Below are positions 56,881-64,000 of a stretch of DNA of 64,000 nt, piece after piece. The position numbers and the translations under genes were made by a program. Origin of the DNA: Felis catus (taxonomy: Eukaryota); the NCBI RefSeq assembly GCF_018350175.1, contig NC_058368.1, forward strand, positions 87,112,001 through 87,176,000, read 5' to 3'. Under the pieces are notes generated by a model. The model did no database searches and was not told the DNA's origin. It was given only the letters and a program-made list of their open reading frames with translations. Within the stretch, counting starts at the first letter, position 1; every line of letters begins with the position of its first letter.

Positions 56881-58775
56881 CTTTTAAAGAAAAGATGTTA
56901 GCTCATTGCTGTGGTATACAAAAATGATTATACAATTAAATTTTAAAAAAATCTATAGCAGCATGTACTAAAATTACTGTAATAAGAAAATATTCAGACT
57001 CTCTCCTCCACTGCATGATAAATCTTTGTGTAGAGAGACTTCATTCTTATGTTCTTATAAACAATGTTTGGCAGTATAAAAACAAAATAATGTTTTATTC
57101 ATAAAAATAATCAATTATTTTGATTACAATGAAATTGTAATTATTCAGTAGGGAAAAAAAATCCCCAAAGTTTCTTTCCTTCCAGTTTCACTCCCCTGAC
57201 ATATACATCACCCTCTGTCTCCCTCCTCAATGCTCCAGAGGATAAAATGAATGTCTCATGATTATACAGGTTTTATGACACACTTGGTCCTTTGAGGGTT
57301 GGCATGTATATCCCATTCTGGAAACACTGTGAGCCATCCTCATTCCTTTTGCTAACAGTTTTCATAGGGAAAAAAAAGTGTTTCTAATTTCAACCTATTC
57401 CGATTTTAAAACTCAAGAATGTGTTTTTAGACATGCATTTAAATAGAATCTAACATGTCTTCCATCAATGAGTTGGAGATTTACAATATTTTAGGGCTTC
57501 TCAAATCCCATGGCTATTTTCATACTTTTTAATGCCACATCCACTGAATTTATGGACTTTATCCATCTTTGAAGTAAAATACTCCCCATTATACAACATT
57601 TCCAATCTCCATACAGGGAGATGCTGCTGTTAAATCACCATCAGTAAGTGACATTCTTGGCTTTGTTTGTTTGTTTGTTTGTTTGTTTGTTTATGGTATT
57701 TAAGGTGAACCGGTGTCACAGAGTTTCTGTCAATTCCAGTTAAGATTGATGAACATTGATCTATTTCAGTAATCTGACTTGCTCTTCTTGAGGTCTTTGG
57801 TATTTTAGCAGGTTATCTACATCCAGAAGTAGAGTTTGTGACTGCATAATTGACTCAAAACTTGAACTCAAAACATTTTCATAACTGTCTCTATGCTACC
57901 TTTCTTTGTCATCATGTCAAAGACTTTGGGCAGGGATCACATTTTCAAGAATTATTATTTATTGTGACAGTTTTGGTGAATCTCTGTGAATAAACAAACC
58001 TTCTCCTCTACTTGGAATGCTATTTTTGTACTAAGAATCTGAAAGTCTCTGGTGTAGCTGCAGTACTAGCACTGAGCAGCTATGGAACTTTGGGTAAATC
58101 ACTGAAAAGTTCTAGAAATAGATCAGGTCACCATAAAGGTCTCTACTTCCTCAAAAATTCTACTGAACTGTTATGTCGTGACTGACCTTATGGCCACCAT
58201 CTCTGGTGATGTTCATACATTTTCTTCATATATGAGTCCATGTGCTTTCCCCATCCCCACAGAGGGTAAGCTAATATCCACAGGCAACAATATAGTTTTC
58301 TGTTTTGCCCTTTACTTTTGCATGTCCCCATGCTCACCCAAGGTGACTTCTGTAAGGGATAATCACTCTATTGTATCATGGTTCAGTTGCACACATCTGT
58401 CCTCATTCACTTCTCTTTCATATCCATATTATGAATCCATCTATGTTCTCACAACTCTCAATGTTTCCCCAGTTTGAAGGGGGTCCAAATCCATCTTCCA
58501 GATGCTTTTACAGAGCATCAGTTCTATACTGATCTACTATATAACAATCAGATAATTGTCTCCTAATGTTGGCTGAGTGTCCTCCACATTGGTACAACTT
58601 CTGCTCATACATTTTTGCAAATGGCTGAAGCTCTCTGAGCCCCATTTTTATATATTCATGATGGAAACTGTGTATGTATTTTTAAATATGTGAATGAACA
58701 TATGTGTTTAAGTTTATTTTCCTTGGTTAACCTCCAGTTTTAGAGATGAGTTTAGAGTTTTAAAACCCCTTGGGA

Positions 58776-59001
58776 TTTTTTTTTTAATTTTTTTTCAACG
58801 TTTTTTATTTATTTTTGGGACAGGGAGAGACAGAGTATGAACGGGGGAGGGGCAGAGAGAGAGGGAGACACAGAATCGGAAACAGGCTCCAGGCTCCGAG
58901 CCATCAGCCCAGAGCCTGAGGCGGGGCTCGAACTCACGGACCGCGAGATCGTGACCTGGCTGAAGTCAGACGCTTAACCGACTGCGCCACCCAGGCGCCC
59001 C
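58776..59001 (-). mobile_element. Young SINEC_Fc SINE
   Basis: CpG-rich; TSD-like ccctt(t)gggatttt. Confidence 0.93.
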
Positions 59002-59722
59002 CCCCCCTTTGGGATTTTAAAAGAGATGACAATTGAGTTTATAGCTGTTCTGTCCTTCACACCTGGATGGATTGTAGTTATAATGAATTTATTCTTCCTT
59101 GTAAAAGACAAGGAAGAAAAATATTGATGCTTTTTTTTTTTTAAAGAAGGACCTCAGAACTTTTCATGGACATCTGAAGCAGACTGGAATTGTCCATTTT
59201 TCTCTATGTGGATTCTGGCTTCCCACATTCTCCCTGCTAAGTCATGGTTTATTCTCTTCCACCCGTGTAAGAAGAGGGACTAATCTGGGTCAATAGTTCT
59301 TTCCTGAAAACACTGCTGTGAGATTACACTGAAGATTCCTTAATTATGCCTTTATATCATTCTGGTACTTCCTCCATCATGACCATAAGCATATTCTAAT
59401 GACCTGTTTCACAATTTTTCATTCAATTACTATTGATTAAGGGATTTTCATAAGCCACACACTGAGCTAGGCACTGGGGACCCAGAAGCAAAATAAACAG
59501 AGTCATGAGTCCACGGAATTTATACTCTAGCTGAGTTAGACAGGTACAAACATAATAAATTAGAATAGCATATTTGTTCTATGGTGATAAGTAATACAAA
59601 TAAAAATAAAGCAATAAAAGAAGAGAAGGGAGCTGGGAGGGTTTTCAGTATTAAATTACACCTTTGCTTCATTGTATGGAAGGGCTGAATCACTATCTTG
59701 TATACTTGAAACTAATATTACA

Positions 59723-59950
59723 CGGGGCGCCTGGGTGGCGCAGTCGGTTAAGCGTCCTACTTCAGCCAGGTCATGATCTCGCGGTCCGTGAGTTCGAGCC
59801 CCGCGTCAGGCTCTGGGCTGATGGCTCAGAGCCTGGAGCCTGTTTCCGATTCTGTGTCTCCCTCTCTCTCTGCCCCTCCCGTGTTCATGCTCTGTCTCTC
59901 TCTGTCCCAAAAAAAATAAATAAACGTTGAAAAAAAATTAAAAAAAAAAA
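59723..59950 (+). mobile_element. Young SINEC_Fc inside a short L1 3' terminus, within L2-like sequence
   Basis: TSD gaaactaatattacac on both sides. Confidence 0.93.
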
Positions 59951-60724
59951 GAAACTAATATTACACTATAGGTTAACTGATTGGAATTTAAATAAAAACT
60001 TAAAAAATATAACACATTTACCTCAATGGAAGATGACTTTTGAAAGGGTGAGAAAGCAAGTCTGTGGATGGATGTCTTGGGAGAAAGACACTGCACGCCT
60101 TACTCAAAGAAAATGAGGGTGTTAAGCAGTGGAGACATATGATCACATTGTATCTTAACATAATCTTCTGGCCTCTGTTCAGAATGCCCTGAAGGGAACT
60201 AATGAGAAAAGCAGGGAGGCAAGTTTAGATACTAGATCAATAATTCAGGTGATAAATGATGGCAGCATAGTCCAGGGGTGTAGCAGTAAGGCCACAAGAA
60301 ATGATGAGAACCTGAATTTTATGATAAAGCAAAAATTTGTTAATTGTGGGATTTAGGAAAAAGAGAAATGTCATGATGGATTTTATTTGGCCATTAACTG
60401 AGAGAGGGAATGGCAAGGGAACAATTTTAATGCCTCTGCAGTGTTTCATCACTTGAAATACCATCTGGTACTCAAGAAAAACCTGATCACTAAACACAGG
60501 TTGACTCCAGATGTTGCTACTGTAAGCAATATTTCAATAAAATAATCAGGGTAAAGATTTTTGTATCAATGTCCATTTTCCCCTAGGTTATGCATATTTT
60601 CATGTCTTTCCAAACTAGCCTTCAGGAAGATGATGTAACATCATCCACAGAGCAGTTGAGTAGATGGTTTCAAGAACAATGGATATAAAATTATGCCTAA
60701 AGTTTGCTAGCTGACAGAATCATT

Positions 60725-60760
60725 TTATACCTCATATCCTGTGCCCCCCACTCACTGCAG
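60725..60760 (+). promoter_or_regulatory. Splice acceptor of the OR coding exon
   Basis: Pyrimidine-rich tract ending ctcactgcag|gtgg, 33 nt before the ATG; OR genes usually have upstream non-coding exons. Confidence 0.65.
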
Positions 60761-60793
60761 GTGGTCTTTTAGTCTTACTTCTGGCTGCATGTG

Positions 60794-61774
60794 ATGATGG
60801 GAATAGCCAATGCAAGTTCTCCAGAAGTCTTTGTACTCCTGGGCTTCTCTGCACGACCCTCACTGGAACCTATCCTCTTCATCATTGCCTTAGGGTTTTA
60901 TGTGGTGTCTGTCTTGGACAATGGCATCATCATTCTGGTTTCCTGCATGGATGTGCACCTCCACACTCCTATGTATTTCTTCCTTGCCAATCTCTCCTTC
61001 CTGGACATTAGCTTTACCACAAGCATTGTCCCACAACTCCTGGTCAACCTCTGGGGACCACAGAAAACCATAAGCTCTGTAGGGTGTATGGTCCAGTTCT
61101 ACATCTCTCACTGGCTGGGGGCCACCGAATGTGTCCTTCTGGCAGTCATGTCCTATGATCGCTATGCCGCCATTTGTAGGCCACTACATTATACTGTCAT
61201 CATGCATCCACAGCTTTGTCTCAGCTTGGCCTTTGCTTCCTGGCTTGGGGGTCTGACTACAAGCATAGTGGGCTCCACACTCACTATGCTTCTGCCACTG
61301 TGTGGAAACAATCGCATTGACCACTTCTTCTGTGAGATGCCCCTCATTATGCAACTGGCTTGTGTGGATACCAGCCTCAATGAGGTGGAGATGTATGTGG
61401 CCAGCTTTATCTTTGTTGTCTTGCCTCTGGGTCTCATCCTGGTTTCATATGGCCACATTGCCTGGGCTGTAATGAAGATCAGGTCAGCAGAAGGACGGAG
61501 AAAGGCCTTCAACACCTGCTCTTCCCATGTGGCAGTTGTGACTCTATTTTATGGGAGCATCATCTTTATGTATCTCCAGCCAGCCAAGAGTAACTCTCAT
61601 GAACAGGGTAAGTTCATAGCCCTCTTCTATACTGTTGTCACCCCGATGCTGAACCCCCTGATTTACACACTCAGGAACAAAGATGTGAAGAAGGCTCTCA
61701 GGCACATTGCATCAGAGAATTGCTGTGGCTTTGCAGGATCATTGGGACATATTAGAGATGTGAGTAACTTGTGA
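60794..61774 (+). CDS. OR2C3: Olfactory receptor, family 2 subfamily C member 3 (326 aa, class II OR)
   Basis: Intact ORF with LHTPMYFFL, MSYDRYAAICRPLHY, HFFCE, KAFNTCSSH, PMLNPLIYTLRN; closely matches recalled human OR2C3, and adjacency to GCSAML fits human 1q44 synteny. Confidence 0.93.
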   Translation: MMGIANASSPEVFVLLGFSARPSLEPILFIIALGFYVVSVLDNGIIILVSCMDVHLHTPMYFFLANLSFLDISFTTSIVPQLLVNLWGPQKTISSVGCMVQFYISHWLGATECVLLAVMSYDRYAAICRPLHYTVIMHPQLCLSLAFASWLGGLTTSIVGSTLTMLLPLCGNNRIDHFFCEMPLIMQLACVDTSLNEVEMYVASFIFVVLPLGLILVSYGHIAWAVMKIRSAEGRRKAFNTCSSHVAVVTLFYGSIIFMYLQPAKSNSHEQGKFIALFYTVVTPMLNPLIYTLRNKDVKKALRHIASENCCGFAGSLGHIRDVSNL

Positions 61775-62049
61775 GAAGTAAGAAAAAAATTAAAGATGAC
61801 AAAATTGATTGGGGATACAGGATATTTGGGATGTAGCTTCTATTCCAATATTTCTTGAGTTCAAGGTAGGTGACAATCTGATATGAATGTGCTCATACAT
61901 CATTTTCAGGCTAAGAGAAAGTATTTTCTGTTTTAATTTTTTGTTAATAATCCTATTGTTTTGTTAGTTGTTTATGTTGTTATATATGTAATATATATGC
62001 TAATTGTCATATTGTTAATTGCTTGTATAGTTATATATATTCATTGTTA

Positions 62050-62289
62050 TTTTTTTATTTTTTTTATTTTTTTTTAATTTTTTTTCAACGTTTATTTACT
62101 TTTGGGACAGAGAGAGACAGAGGATGAACGGGGGAGGGGCAGAGAGAGAGGGAGACACAGAATTGGAAACAGGCTCCAGGCTCCGAGCCATCAGCCCAGA
62201 GCCTGACGCGGGGCTCGAACCCACGGACTGCAAGATCGTGACCTGGCTGAAGTCGGACGCTTAACCGACTGCGCCACCCAGGCGCCCCC
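62050..62289 (-). mobile_element. Young SINEC_Fc SINE
   Basis: TSD cattgttattttttt on both sides. Confidence 0.93.
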
Positions 62290-62489
62290 ATTGTTATTTT
62301 TTTAATTGCTTTTAGTAATTGCCTTTGGAGATGACTAATCTGTGTGAAGTGTTTTACATTTTTTCCTAATATTTGTAACAAATCCACAAGTTAAATATTA
62401 TGAATTTCATAAAGGTTAGGCAATTACAACACTACTAAGATTTTATGCTGAGATTTAACTCTAGATCTATCTATCCATAGACATGCTTA

Positions 62490-62640
62490 CCATTTTGTCT
62501 ATAACCCCTAACCATACAATAAGAAATATATAGGAATTTGGTCTTTGTGCCTGGTGGCACAAAGCTTCTAGGACCATTGGAATTTCTTGAGTGATTTGGA
62601 TGAGAGGTACGTCTTTTGTTATTCATAATGAGTCCATTTC
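62490..62640. mobile_element. MER21-like LTR fragment
   Basis: ggaatttcttgagtgat...gtcttttgttattcataatgag. Confidence 0.5.
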
Positions 62641-64000
62641 CCATATTTTCTCTATCCATTTAGTCGAACTACCTTTAGTCTGACCATTGGGAAAACTTCC
62701 TTTTACTATCATATTTTAGGACATTCATAGGGACTGTCCTACAATCTTGTTCTTTTCACTCTGCTGCTGGTATAAGATGCTGTTACAGCTGTAAAAATGG
62801 TACATACTTATTCTTTCTTTGTTAATGGCTAAATATTGTACAACTTTTATGGGCTTTTAGGTAGGGGAAGAGAAGCAAGAAAGGGCAGAGACACATGATA
62901 ATGTTAGTCCATGAGTCGCGAAGGGAGCAATGGAGTGCATTAACACTTTTAAATTTTATTTAGTACCAAAAAATGAAAAAGAAAAAATGAAGGAAAATAA
63001 TTTTTAAAGTATTATATAAAAATTTTCAATATCTGAAGAAAAAACTTTAATTTGAATATTAACTTTCCCTGACTACTCGGAAAGATGAATGAAAATCCTC
63101 CAAAGTTTAAAGGCAGTTGTTTTCCTTTGCCTGCTTGTGGTTGTGATCAAACTCAGTAGATAACGTTTTACAGATTCATAATATAGCAGCAAGGAAGGGG
63201 CAGGAGGACTCTCTGGTCTCCCCATTTCCCCAAACATGCAGTATCTTCCTGACCTCAAGTCTAGGTCTAACTTAGCACAGCAGTGCAGATTCTCATCAAT
63301 TTATTCAGAGAAAGCCGAGAACAGAGGTCGTCCCAAAACCATGAAGCATAGCACTGGGCTCTGTTCTGCTCTTCTCTCAAGCCCTGTCTTGTACAGAGGA
63401 TAATAATAAACATTACTCATATTTTCCTCTACTTTCCTTAAGTGCCTGGGCTGATGGGTCATTTACTATCCCAAATGTTACCTAAATGCTTAACATGAAA
63501 TTAAGACATCCTGTCTGGAATTCAAGAAGATATACTCAAAGTGTGATTGTGCCTCAGATTGATGTCCAAAATAACTGAAATTAGCACCAAGTATTTCACA
63601 CACTTTCTGGCCCCATGTCCATAGAACTTGGGGAAGCCTCCAACAGAGCTATTCTGAGGCAGTGCAGCCTGCCTGAGGAGAAGTGAGGAAAGGTCTCCCT
63701 ATTTAGGAAGAGTGAATGCCTATCCTATTTGAGTATATGTCCTATAGTCACAGTAACAGTAGAAAAGATGTTTACATGCTATATTGGAAAGCCAACCACC
63801 TACTTTTGTGTATTGAACCCCTTTTCTGCCCAATACATCAGACCTTCTAGATTCCATCATAACTCTTGTCGCTCCTGCCCCTCTTGCTGCAACCATTTGC
63901 ACAATCTTTGATAGTTTCTCAAAGAAGCCGAGAGGTCCAGGATCACCCTACTTCCTGTCTGGGTCTCCTTGCATACTGTTTGCTGTGAAGATCATGCTGA

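Noticed and set aside
63700..64000. Short ORFs at the window end as the tail of a neighbouring OR gene
   Set aside because: No OR motifs such as NPxIY or KAFxTC in the frames examined.

Overview
AT-rich mammalian genomic DNA from a felid, judged by the abundant SINEC_Fc-type CAN-SINEs and cat-type L1s. It contains two host genes facing away from each other. GCSAML lies on the minus strand; I rebuilt it from five GT-AG coding exons (41092-41120, 33346-33405, 27362-27411, 15369-15397, 14254-14496; 411 nt, 136 aa), and most of it is invisible in the ORF track. An intact single-exon olfactory receptor matching OR2C3 lies on the plus strand (60794-61774). Most of the rest is retroelement-derived: an ERV-L pol/dUTPase relic, several L1s, about 20 SINEs, MaLR LTRs, MER53 and L2/MIR. 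GCSAML intron 3 holds a dense nested stack: an RPSA processed pseudogene without poly(A) or TSD inside an L1, a near full-length L1 whose 5'UTR appears to have been spliced before integration (SpIRE-like), and a second L1 carrying a SINE inside a SINE. I see no prokaryotic-type system and no convincing novel protein-coding gene. Gene and repeat names come from recalled sequences, not database searches, and repeat boundaries are approximate.
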